A DNA stretch of 55,292 nt from positions 1 to 55,292 of the forward strand of contig JAZOSH010000076.1 of the NCBI GenBank assembly GCA_045656985.1, given 5' to 3'. Every line of letters starts with the position of its first letter. Positions within the stretch are counted from its first letter, which is position 1. Made by a program: the position numbers and the translations under genes. The notes below the pieces were generated by a model that worked only from the letters and a program-made list of their open reading frames with translations, was not told the DNA's origin and did no database searches. Below are positions 28,239 through 36,845 of this stretch, piece after piece. The DNA is from Eubacteriales bacterium. GTDB taxonomy: Bacteria > Bacillota > Clostridia > Oscillospirales > CAG-272.

Positions 28239-30365
28239 ATGTTAAGAAAAAGTGAAGTCGTAGAATTATACTTAAAATACGGATTTGAATTGGGTGAAGA
28301 AAATGAAAAGAACCTCGTGTTTTTCTCTCAATCCGGATATTTCCAAAATGCGGAAATAGTAATTTTAGATGAAAAAGTTAAAGAAGATAGTATTAATAAA
28401 AAGGAAATAGAAGATATTGGCTATTCCGTAAGAGTAAGAAGATATTCTGATATTAATGAGGTACATGATGCACTTTTTAACGGGTTCTTCTCTACCGCTA
28501 TTTCTAACAAAAAATTCAATCATACATATACTCGGTTTTGTGAGCAACAGAAAAACAAATTAGGTAATAACTACGAATATATAAGTGGGGATTATGTTGA
28601 AAATGGTTCTTTGCAGTCTAATAATGTAATAGACCGTATTGTCGAAATTCTTAACAAAGATGATAGACAATTAATCATACTTGAAGCATCAGCTGGTTTT
28701 GGAAAAACTTGTACTTCTTTTGAAGTTGTTAAAACTTTGATAGATAAAATACCAACAAAAATCCCGCTTCTTACGGAATTATCAAAAAATCGTAAAGCAA
28801 GAGTATTTAGGTATGTTTTGTTATCTGAGATTGATCAAAAATTTCCTTCTTTATCATCAGAATTGGTAACTAGTGAAATAATGGCTGGTCGTATTATTTT
28901 GGTTATTGATGGTTTTGACGAATTGTTGTCAAAAGGATCAACAGAGCTAAGTGATTCTGATAAAACAGTCGGTAAAAATGCTCAAACAATGCTTGACACG
29001 ATTGCTCAATTGATACCCGAAGGTTCAAAAACAAAAATATTACTTACATCAAGAAAAAGTTCAATTTTTGTGGGTGATAATTTTGATAATTGGGTTACAC
29101 AGTATTTAATAGGGTGTAATATAACTAGATTACAATTATCACAACCATCTTTAAAAGATTGGATTGGAACGAAAAAAATAGAGGTATTAAGAAAAAATAA
29201 TATTAATTTAAATAATATTCTCAATCCAGTTTTATTGACTATACTTAGAAATGATTCATTAGAAGAATTCGAAAGCAAATATACAAGTAACGAAAGATTA
29301 ATTGAACAGTATTTGGAGGTTTTGCTTCAAAGAGAAAAGACAAGACAGTCTCTTCCTTTATCAGTAGAGGAACAGCTGTTTATAATGAGAGGGTTATCGG
29401 CAGAAATGGTTAAATTGGATATAACGGCCGATGATGTTGATCTTATAAAATTGATACTGACAGACGTAGTTTCCACAAAAATAGATGATTACTTAAATCG
29501 TTATGACACATTGGGGGATTCATCAGAAACTAAACCAACAGAAGTAGAATTTATAAATAAACTTTCACAGCATGCCTTGCTGGATCGCATTTCTATGCAA
29601 AACAATCAAATTGGATTTATTAACGATTTTATTTTTGGCTTAATGATAGCTCAATCAGCTTTAAAAGGACAATTATCAGTTAACGAATTAAGTGGGAAGT
29701 ATATTGATATTGCTACTACTGCATTTTCTGCTCATGATTTTGATAAGCGCAAAGAGTTATATGATTTAATTACACCATCATTATCCAAAGAATCTGCTCA
29801 ACGCCAAATAGGAGTTTCGTTAAATTTACTTGGAACAATAGCTGGGAAATATGAAAATGAATATTTTGATGGTATGCTTTTTGGAAAAAACATATCGATT
29901 GTAGACGACAATATATTTAACAATTGTATATTCTCCGACTGTGTATTTGATACTTGTAATATTAATGTTAAAGCGTTTAAAACATGTCAATTTTATAATT
30001 GTTCATTTTATAATAATTCATTTGAAGGAAGAGAAGATGTCGACTGCGAATTAACTTTCCTTGCTTGTACAGGTCATGAACAATTTGCGTCATTGGCTTA
30101 CTTTGATAAAAAAAGCAATTTACCGGATAATTCAATTGATTATGAGCGTGTTATATTAGAGCAATTTTGGAAGCCCGGCTATTACAGGGCAGAACCAAAC
30201 CGCTCTTTCCAAGCATTGTTCAAGGGAGTGCCTAACAGTGATAGAGCTAAACTTGTTGATGCTATTGAACTGTTAGTTAAAAAGGGAATCTTAATTAAAA
30301 GAATTCGTGTGTATGAGTTGAATGTTGAAAAAATTGATAGTATCAAAAGTATCATTGGTAGATAA
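28239..30365 (+). CDS. NACHT/STAND-type P-loop NTPase with pentapeptide-repeat region and C-terminal winged-helix-like tail
   Basis: ASAGFGKT Walker A, LVIDGFDEL Walker B, LLTSR sensor, NPVLL; FNNCIFSDCVFDTCN...FYNCSF repeats; start at the ATG after GGAGAG. Confidence 0.8.
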   Translation: MLRKSEVVELYLKYGFELGEENEKNLVFFSQSGYFQNAEIVILDEKVKEDSINKKEIEDIGYSVRVRRYSDINEVHDALFNGFFSTAISNKKFNHTYTRFCEQQKNKLGNNYEYISGDYVENGSLQSNNVIDRIVEILNKDDRQLIILEASAGFGKTCTSFEVVKTLIDKIPTKIPLLTELSKNRKARVFRYVLLSEIDQKFPSLSSELVTSEIMAGRIILVIDGFDELLSKGSTELSDSDKTVGKNAQTMLDTIAQLIPEGSKTKILLTSRKSSIFVGDNFDNWVTQYLIGCNITRLQLSQPSLKDWIGTKKIEVLRKNNINLNNILNPVLLTILRNDSLEEFESKYTSNERLIEQYLEVLLQREKTRQSLPLSVEEQLFIMRGLSAEMVKLDITADDVDLIKLILTDVVSTKIDDYLNRYDTLGDSSETKPTEVEFINKLSQHALLDRISMQNNQIGFINDFIFGLMIAQSALKGQLSVNELSGKYIDIATTAFSAHDFDKRKELYDLITPSLSKESAQRQIGVSLNLLGTIAGKYENEYFDGMLFGKNISIVDDNIFNNCIFSDCVFDTCNINVKAFKTCQFYNCSFYNNSFEGREDVDCELTFLACTGHEQFASLAYFDKKSNLPDNSIDYERVILEQFWKPGYYRAEPNRSFQALFKGVPNSDRAKLVDAIELLVKKGILIKRIRVYELNVEKIDSIKSIIGR

Positions 30366-30377
30366 AATGGGGGATTT

Positions 30378-31292
30378 ATGATGTCAATAGATAAAGATTT
30401 TTTAGAAAAACAAATTGGAGCAATATCCCCAGCAATAGCACATGAATTAGAACGAGAAATATCACAAAAATTTGACAAATGTGGTATATTTTATAGGATT
30501 TTTTCTCGATGCAAAAGTGCTGCATCAACTGTTGAAAAACTAACAAAAAAAGAAGAAGAATACAAAAAAAAGAATAAAAAGATGCAAGATTTGCTTGGAG
30601 TTAGAGTAGCACTTTATTTTAAAGATGATATTGATTTATGTATAAAAATAATTGAAAACTGTTTTAACACAGTGGAAATAGTAAGAGATGAGGAGAAAAG
30701 CGAGGAATTTAGTCCTATGCGACTTAATATGGTGTGTAAAATGCCTGATTCTATCATTTCTTCCTTTTCGTCAGAAATTTGGGAGTTTCCCATTGATAAA
30801 ACATTTGAAATACAGATTCGAACAATATTTTCGGAGGGGTGGCACGAAGTAGAACATGATTTGAGATATAAGCATAAGAGCGATTGGAAAGCACATATAG
30901 ATTTGTCACGTAACTTAAATGGTATTTTTGCAACATTAGAGACATGTGATTGGGCGATACTTAATGTCTTGGATCAACTAGCATATCAAAAATATAAAGC
31001 CAAAGATTGGGATGCAATGCTTCGTAATCACCTTAGAATACGTATGGATAATAGCAATCTTTCAGATAAAATAATAAAATTATTTAATGAAGATATTAAC
31101 TTGGCCAAAGAGTTCTTTAAGGTTGACAGAAAAAGGTTGTTATTATATTTAAGTAATCCATCTATGCGATTTGTACCAAAAAAACTGGACAATATAGTTT
31201 TTTTAATCAATGAGTTAATTATTAAGAATCCCAAATTATCAGAAATAGTACCGACAACTATTAAGAATCTTGTTAGAAAAATGGATGATTAA
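30378..31292 (+). CDS. RelA/SpoT-type nucleotidyltransferase (small alarmone synthetase-like)
   Basis: SRCKS, QDLLGVRV, FEIQIRT, WHEVEHDLRYK; no hydrolase domain. Confidence 0.85.
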   Translation: MMSIDKDFLEKQIGAISPAIAHELEREISQKFDKCGIFYRIFSRCKSAASTVEKLTKKEEEYKKKNKKMQDLLGVRVALYFKDDIDLCIKIIENCFNTVEIVRDEEKSEEFSPMRLNMVCKMPDSIISSFSSEIWEFPIDKTFEIQIRTIFSEGWHEVEHDLRYKHKSDWKAHIDLSRNLNGIFATLETCDWAILNVLDQLAYQKYKAKDWDAMLRNHLRIRMDNSNLSDKIIKLFNEDINLAKEFFKVDRKRLLLYLSNPSMRFVPKKLDNIVFLINELIIKNPKLSEIVPTTIKNLVRKMDD

Positions 31293-31439
31293 TGAAGATT
31301 ACATAAGGAAAATAAGCTTTGCTTGCAAGGCTTATTTTTCTTATACGGTGATATAATATTGTTTAATCGTGTGTTAGATTTTACTTGATAAGGAGGATTC
31401 ATATGATAGTTCCCAAAGATTTTAATGTTGTTTCTAGAG

Positions 31440-31475
31440 AAAAAACGGAGTTTTTGCTTGCAACAAAAACTCCGT
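31440..31475 (-). terminator. Terminator of the element-borne tRNA
   Basis: ACGGAGTTTTTG...CAAAAACTCCGT stem with T-run on the minus strand. Confidence 0.75.
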
Positions 31476-31478
31476 AAA

Positions 31479-31567
31479 TGGCGGAGAGAGAGGGATTCGA
31501 ACCCTCGTGGGATTGCTCCCAAACGCATTTCGAGTGCGCCCCGTTATGACCACTTCGATATCTCTCC
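31479..31567 (-). tRNA. tRNA-Ser(CGA), intact, element-borne
   Basis: GGAGAGATATCGAAGTGGTCATAACGGG-GCGCA-CTCGAAA-TGCGT-long variable arm-GGTTCGAATCC-CTCTCTCTCC-G-CCA. Confidence 0.95.
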
Positions 31568-31698
31568 GTAGTATTAAATTGTAAAGAAATTTGAAAGGAA
31601 ACTGAAAGATGGACTTTGTAAAATCTGCACACAAAATTCAAAAAAATCCAGATTTCACCGCAGTTTGAAAGGAGAGAAGTGTGACGACATTGAAACTC

Positions 31699-31738
31699 TT
31701 TCGAGTCAGCCCCGTTATGACCACTTCGATATCTCTCC
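31699..31738 (-). pseudogene. 5' half of split host tRNA-Ser(CGA); right att junction
   Basis: Reverse complement GGAGAGATATCGAAGTGGTCATAACGGGGCTGA-CTCGAAA; its GCTGA stem pairs with TCAGT of the 8658-8713 half. Confidence 0.9.
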
Positions 31739-31905
31739 ATAGTAATGATGCACAAGTGTGCATCATTACTATGGAGCTTGATGAGACGAGGCTCAATGAG
31801 CTTTGCTCATTGAATCCACTTCGCATACCCCACCCGAAGATCGACAAGCTCGCTTGTCAGGCGCAGGGTGTGGGTATCCTCGCCATAGGCGAAATATCTC
31901 TCCAT
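31729..31905. repeat. Palindrome-rich insertion flanked by a 12-bp direct repeat of the tRNA 5' end
   Basis: ATATCTCTCCAT at 31729-31740 and 31894-31905; perfect 20-bp inverted repeat at 31735-31776. Confidence 0.6.
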
Positions 31906-31954
31906 GATGCATACTGTACATATTTAATGATACTGTCTTTTTAACAGCTCCCAC

Positions 31955-31983
31955 ATTATATCATACCTTTGAGCGAATTGCAA
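31955..31983 (-). promoter_or_regulatory. SigA promoter of the host tRNA-Ser(CGA) locus
   Basis: TTGCAA-17 bp-TATAAT with extended TG on the minus strand. Confidence 0.65.
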
Positions 31984-32077
31984 GACTTTTTTTAAAAAAG
32001 AGGCAAAAATCTTGATAAATAGGCGCAAGAGTGATATAATTCTCTTATACAGATCGTCAAAAAATTTGGAGGCAGAA

Positions 32078-32920
32078 ATGCGAGAAATAAATGTTCTTCT
32101 TATAGCCGATGCACTTGAGCGTCTTTCAATCTCGGCAAACATTCATCTTCCTTGCGACATAAGGTGTGCGCTTGAGGATAGCCGTGCTCACGAGAGCAGC
32201 CATCTTGCCGCCGAGGTGCTTGACAGCATTATTGAAAATTACAGGCTTGCCGAGAGTGAGAGCATGCCTATCTGTCAGGATACGGGAATGGCGTGCGTTT
32301 TTCTTGAGGTAGGTCAGGATGTTCACCTTGTGGGCGGCTCGCTTGCTGATGCCGTTAACGAAGGTGTTCGCCGCGGATATGAAAAGGGTTTTTTGAGAAA
32401 ATCTGTTGTACGCGACCCAATTCGTCGGGGAAATACGGGCGATAACACGCCGGCGATGATATATACAGACATAGTTCCGGGCGATAGTGTGAGGATAACC
32501 CTTGCGCCAAAGGGCTTTGGAAGTGAAAATATGAGTGCTATCAGGATGCTCAAGCCCTCGGACGGACTGGAGGGAATAAAGCGCTTCGTGCTTGACACCG
32601 TTCTTGCGGCAGGTCCTAATCCTTGCCCACCAATAGTTGTAGGCGTTGGCATTGGCGGCACATTTGACAAGGCGGCGCTTCTTGCAAAAAAGGCGCTTCT
32701 GCGCCCTATTGATGAGCGCAATTCCGATGAATTCTATGCTTCTCTTGAGCGCGAGCTTCTTGCCGAGATAAATGCGCTTGGCATAGGCCCGCAGGGCTTC
32801 GGAGGGGCAACAACAGCGCTCGGGCTTAACATCGAGACTATGCCAACGCACATTGCGGGAATGCCCTGTGCTGTTAATATCAACTGCCATGTAACAAGGC
32901 ACGAAAGCGAGGTGCTTTGA
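32078..32920 (+). CDS. Fe-S fumarate hydratase (class I) alpha subunit
   Basis: PICQDTG, KGFGSEN, AGPNPCPP, GIGPQGFGG, NCH. Confidence 0.92.
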   Translation: MREINVLLIADALERLSISANIHLPCDIRCALEDSRAHESSHLAAEVLDSIIENYRLAESESMPICQDTGMACVFLEVGQDVHLVGGSLADAVNEGVRRGYEKGFLRKSVVRDPIRRGNTGDNTPAMIYTDIVPGDSVRITLAPKGFGSENMSAIRMLKPSDGLEGIKRFVLDTVLAAGPNPCPPIVVGVGIGGTFDKAALLAKKALLRPIDERNSDEFYASLERELLAEINALGIGPQGFGGATTALGLNIETMPTHIAGMPCAVNINCHVTRHESEVL

Positions 32921-32921
32921 T

Positions 32922-33458
32922 ATGCCGAGAAGGATAACACTTCCTCTGACTGAGGAGACGGCGCGCTCACTCACCGTCGGGGAGAGCGTTCTGCTCACGG
33001 GATACATATATACCGCGCGTGACGAGGGGCATAAGAGAATGTGTGCCTCGCTGGCTCGCGGCGAGGAGCTTCCCTTTGACACACGGGACGCAACTGTATA
33101 TTATGTTGGACCTACCCCCGCTCGCGAGGGACAGGTCATAGGCTCGGCGGGTCCCACAACAAGTTGCAGAATGGACGCATATTCGCCCACGCTTCTCTCG
33201 GTTGGAGTTCGCGGAATGATAGGGAAGGGCGAGCGCAGCGATGAGGTAATAGATGCGATAAAGCGCTATTCGGGTGTTTATTTCGGTGCTATCGGAGGTG
33301 CGGGCGCACTCATTTCAAGGTGCGTTAAATCAGCGGAGCTTATCGCCTATGAGGACCTTGGTACCGAGGCGCTCCGCAGACTCTATGTCGAAGATATGCC
33401 ACTTGTGGTGGTGATTGACTGCGAGGGAAGAGACCTCTATCGCCAGCGTCAAAGTTGA
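32922..33458 (+). CDS. Fe-S fumarate hydratase (class I) beta subunit
   Basis: YTARDEGHKR, GPTTSCRMD, MIGKG, EDLGTEA. Confidence 0.92.
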   Translation: MPRRITLPLTEETARSLTVGESVLLTGYIYTARDEGHKRMCASLARGEELPFDTRDATVYYVGPTPAREGQVIGSAGPTTSCRMDAYSPTLLSVGVRGMIGKGERSDEVIDAIKRYSGVYFGAIGGAGALISRCVKSAELIAYEDLGTEALRRLYVEDMPLVVVIDCEGRDLYRQRQS

Positions 33459-33525
33459 CAAATTCTCAAAAAGTGGTATAATATTACGGTAAGGTATTTT
33501 TCTTTATGCTTTAAGGAGCTTTATT

Positions 33526-34911
33526 ATGAAAAGAAACACAAAGACCGAAACATCAATGAATATAATTATCGTTGGCTGTGGCAAGATAGGACAGAATCTT
33601 GCGGAACAGCTCAATGAAAAGGGAAATAACATAACTGTTGTTGACACATCGCCTCAAAAGGTCAGCGAGGTGTCTACCCGTTGCGACTGCCTTGGCGTTG
33701 TTGGTAACGGAGCTACACATGCAACGCTTTCGGAGGCGGGCATCGAGAATGCCGACCTTCTTATTGCTGTGACAGGCTCTGATGAGCTTAATATTCTTTG
33801 CTGTCTTATCGCAAAGAAATCAAGCGATTGCCAGACTATAGCGCGCGTTAAAAATCCCGAATACAGCAGTGAAACAGAGTATCTCAAAGATGAGCTTGGC
33901 CTTGCGATGGTGATAAATCCGCAGTATGCAACTGCTGAGGAGATAGCTCGTGTTCTGCGTTTCCCCTCTGCTATAAAGATAGACACCTTTGCGGGCGGAA
34001 AGGTGGAGCTCGTTAAGTTCCGTCTGCCCGAGACCAGCCCTCTTGTCGGCTTGACTGTTCGTGAGGTCGTCTCAAAGCTTCATTGTGATGTCCTTATATG
34101 TACAATTGAGCGAGGAGACGAGGCGTATATCGCAAGTGCCGACTTTACCTTTGAGGGAAAGGATGTCATTTCGCTTGTTTCAACACCGAAGAATGCCGTA
34201 TCCTTCTTCAGAAAGATAGCCTACAGTGCACATTCGGTCAAGGATGTCATAATCGCGGGCGGCGGAGACACTGCAAACTATCTTACAAGTCTTCTGCTCC
34301 GTGACGGAATTGCCGTCAAGATAATAGAAAAGAGTGCAGAGGTGTGCGACGAGCTTTGTGAAAGCTTCCCTTCTGCGACGGTGATTCACGGAAATGCAGG
34401 CGATCAGGAGACCCTTATAGAGGAAGGAATAGACAAGGCAGGTGCCTTTGTTGCCCTTACAAATCTTGATGAAGAGAATATTCTTATTTCACTCTATGCA
34501 AGAAGCATCGGTCGTGGAAAGCTTGTCACAAAGATAAACCGCTTTGATTTCTCCGATGTTGTTTCTCACCTTGACCTTGACTCAATAGTATATCCGAAGA
34601 ACATTACTGCCGATATCATCGTGCGTTATGTTCGTGCCATGAAGAACTCAATGGGTAGCAATGTTGAGACACTTTACAATATAATCAAGGGTAAGATAGA
34701 GGCGGCGGAGTTTATCGTGAGAGAGGAATCAGAGGTCACGGGAGTACCGCTTGCCCAGCTTGAATTCAAGGAAAATATCCTCGTTGCCTCGATCCTGCGT
34801 GGCAAGAAGGTCATTATCCCGAGAGGTAATGACGAGATAAGGCTTGGTGACAGAGTTGTCATCGTTTCGGGAGCTGTGGCTCTGCACGACATCACTGATG
34901 TTTTGAGGTAA
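33526..34911 (+). CDS. trkA: Trk potassium uptake NAD-binding subunit
   Basis: Two RCK units (IVGCGKIG, IAGGG); TTGACA/TATAAT promoter at 33455-33482. Confidence 0.92.
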   Translation: MKRNTKTETSMNIIIVGCGKIGQNLAEQLNEKGNNITVVDTSPQKVSEVSTRCDCLGVVGNGATHATLSEAGIENADLLIAVTGSDELNILCCLIAKKSSDCQTIARVKNPEYSSETEYLKDELGLAMVINPQYATAEEIARVLRFPSAIKIDTFAGGKVELVKFRLPETSPLVGLTVREVVSKLHCDVLICTIERGDEAYIASADFTFEGKDVISLVSTPKNAVSFFRKIAYSAHSVKDVIIAGGGDTANYLTSLLLRDGIAVKIIEKSAEVCDELCESFPSATVIHGNAGDQETLIEEGIDKAGAFVALTNLDEENILISLYARSIGRGKLVTKINRFDFSDVVSHLDLDSIVYPKNITADIIVRYVRAMKNSMGSNVETLYNIIKGKIEAAEFIVREESEVTGVPLAQLEFKENILVASILRGKKVIIPRGNDEIRLGDRVVIVSGAVALHDITDVLR

Positions 34912-34915
34912 TGGT

Positions 34916-36352
34916 ATGAATTACAGAATGATAATTCACACTCTCGGCAGAATGCTGATGTTTGAGGCGGTATTTCTGCTCGCCCCATCGATAACGTCAC
35001 TTGTTTATTCCGAGTGGCGCTCACTCTGGGCTTTCCTTGCGACGGCGCTTATCTGTACCGCTGTTGGCGTTCTGTGTAGCTTCAAAAGCCCAAGGAACAA
35101 AACTCTTCGGGCGAGAGACGGCTTTGTTATCGTTTCGCTAAGCTGGATATTTTTGAGTCTTTTTGGCTCCTTACCTTTTCTGTTCAGTGGGGTTATAAAT
35201 AACTTTGTAGATGCCCTCTTTGAAACAACCTCGGGATTTTCTACAACCGGTGCTACTATTTTTGCCGATGTTGAGGTGCTTCCTCGAGCGATAATTATGT
35301 GGCGAAGTGTCACTCACTGGGTCGGAGGAATGGGCGTGCTTGTGTTTGTTATGGCATTTCTGCCCCTTGGTGGCGGTCAGAATATGCATATAATGAAGGC
35401 GGAGAGCCCCGGTCCCTCTGTTTCAAAGCTTGTTCCGAGGGTGAGAACAACGGCGCTTTTGCTTTATTCAATTTACGGCGTGCTCACACTTGTTCAATTC
35501 ATTCTTCTGCTTTTTGGCGATATGGATGTGTTTTATGCTGTCGTTACAGCACTTGCAACGGCAGGCACGGGTGGCTTTGGCTTCCTTAATGACAGTATGG
35601 CAAGCTTTTCAAGCTATATACAGATAGTTATTGCCGTCTTTATGCTGATATTCTCAATAAATTTCAACTCTTATTTCCTTGTTTTGAGAGGAAGATTTAA
35701 GGAGTTCTTCACCGAGGAGGTAAGGGCATTTCTGATAATGGTCGGCGTTTGTGTAGCACTCATTGCATTTGATATAAGAGGAATGTATTCAAGCTTTGGA
35801 GAGGGGCTAAAGCATGCCTTATTCAATGTCTCGGCAATCGTTTCAACAACGGGCTTTACAAGCGCAGATTTTGACCTTTGGCCCACACTTTCAAAGACTC
35901 TTATAGTGATACTTATGTTTATAGGTGCCTGCGCGGGAAGTACGGGTGGTGGCATCAAGATGTCAAGAATTCTTATTATTGTCAAGACTATGGTCAGAGA
36001 GCTTGGCGCGGCGATCCGTCCCAAGCAGATAAAGAAGATACGCGTTGATGGGGATATACAGGACGCAAGTGTTGTGAGCTCGGTCTGCGGATATATGTTC
36101 TGCTTTGTTTCGGTGTTCGTTGTGTCACTCGTGCTTATTTCGCTTGATGGGGCAGACCTTGTTACAAACTTTACCGCTGTTACTGCTGCAATAGGCAACA
36201 TTGGTCCCGGACTCTCAAAGGTAGGCCCTGTAATGAATTTTGGATTCTTCTCTCCACTTTCAAAGCTTGTGCTTATTTTTGATATGCTTGCGGGCAGACT
36301 TGAGTTTTTCCCGATGCTACTTCTCTTTGTTCCGTCGGTCTGGAAAAAATAA
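34916..36352 (+). CDS. trkH: Trk potassium uptake membrane subunit
   Basis: FETTSGFSTTGA, TGGF, STTGF, GACAGSTGGGIK, GNIGPGL. Confidence 0.92.
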   Translation: MNYRMIIHTLGRMLMFEAVFLLAPSITSLVYSEWRSLWAFLATALICTAVGVLCSFKSPRNKTLRARDGFVIVSLSWIFLSLFGSLPFLFSGVINNFVDALFETTSGFSTTGATIFADVEVLPRAIIMWRSVTHWVGGMGVLVFVMAFLPLGGGQNMHIMKAESPGPSVSKLVPRVRTTALLLYSIYGVLTLVQFILLLFGDMDVFYAVVTALATAGTGGFGFLNDSMASFSSYIQIVIAVFMLIFSINFNSYFLVLRGRFKEFFTEEVRAFLIMVGVCVALIAFDIRGMYSSFGEGLKHALFNVSAIVSTTGFTSADFDLWPTLSKTLIVILMFIGACAGSTGGGIKMSRILIIVKTMVRELGAAIRPKQIKKIRVDGDIQDASVVSSVCGYMFCFVSVFVVSLVLISLDGADLVTNFTAVTAAIGNIGPGLSKVGPVMNFGFFSPLSKLVLIFDMLAGRLEFFPMLLLFVPSVWKK

Positions 36353-36438
36353 AGACAACAAATATCTATCCACCGCGACAGCTTTTGCCGCGGTGGATAT
36401 TTCTTTTGCAGCATCTGTCACATAATTTGTGAAAACGC

Positions 36439-36467
36439 TTGACAAGTTGCATCTTTTGTGTTAAAAT
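36439..36467 (+). promoter_or_regulatory. SigA promoter of tRNA-Ser(TGA)
   Basis: TTGACA-17 bp-TAAAAT. Confidence 0.7.
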
Positions 36468-36482
36468 ACATAGGTCAAATAC

Positions 36483-36571
36483 GGAGGCATATCGAAGTGG
36501 TCATAACGAGGCGGTCTTGAAAACCGTTTGGGCGAAAGCCCACGGGGGTTCGAATCCCTCTGCCTCCGCCA
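36483..36571 (+). tRNA. tRNA-Ser(TGA)
   Basis: GGAGGCA acceptor, GCGGT-CTTGAAA-ACCGT anticodon arm, long variable arm, GGTTCGAATCC, GCCA end. Confidence 0.96.
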
Positions 36572-36599
36572 AACAAATAAAGGCTATCGCAACGCGATA

Positions 36600-36784
36600 G
36601 CCTTTATTTGTTTAGTGAAGCTCTGCGATGAAGAACCCCGCTATTCGCTTTGCGAATAGCAAGCCCCGAGCAAGGGAGTGCATTAAACCAGGATAAACTT
36701 TAGCGAGGGGAGGGTTCAGAATCCCTCTGCCTTTATTTGTTTAGTGAAGCTCTACGATGAAGAAGCCCGCTATTCGCTTTGCGA
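36600..36784 (+). repeat. 56-bp direct repeat downstream of tRNA-Ser(TGA)
   Basis: Copies at 36600-36655 and 36729-36784 with 2 mismatches; second copy preceded by a tRNA T-arm mimic GGGTTCAGAATCCCTCTGCCT. Confidence 0.75.
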
Positions 36785-36845
36785 CAATCAAAGCAAAATA
36801 TAAGCTCCATCAAATAATGATGGAGCTTTTTGTATTTTTGATATT

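Larger units (their letters stand above)
8707..31705. mobile_element. ~23 kb integrative element (IME/genomic island) inserted in the tRNA-Ser(CGA) anticodon loop
   Basis: 7-bp direct repeat TTTCGAG at 8707-8713 and 31699-31705 joins complementary tRNA halves; tyrosine integrase and excisionase-like genes inside; no phage structural or T4SS genes. Confidence 0.88.

Noticed and set aside
8707-31705. Prophage or self-transmissible ICE
   Set aside because: No capsid, terminase, tail, VirB4 or coupling-protein genes among the ORFs
8658-31738. Split tRNA read as an intron or a trans-spliced tRNA
   Set aside because: The 7-bp loop duplication and the integrase explain it as site-specific integration; no group I intron or pairing leader/trailer is visible
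31399-31944. Several short ORFs overlapping the tRNA and att region (also 8495-8935 and 8502-8792)
   Set aside because: They are translations of tRNA and repeat sequence
36600-36784. CRISPR array
   Set aside because: Only two 56-bp copies, no series of repeat-spacer units and no cas genes in the window
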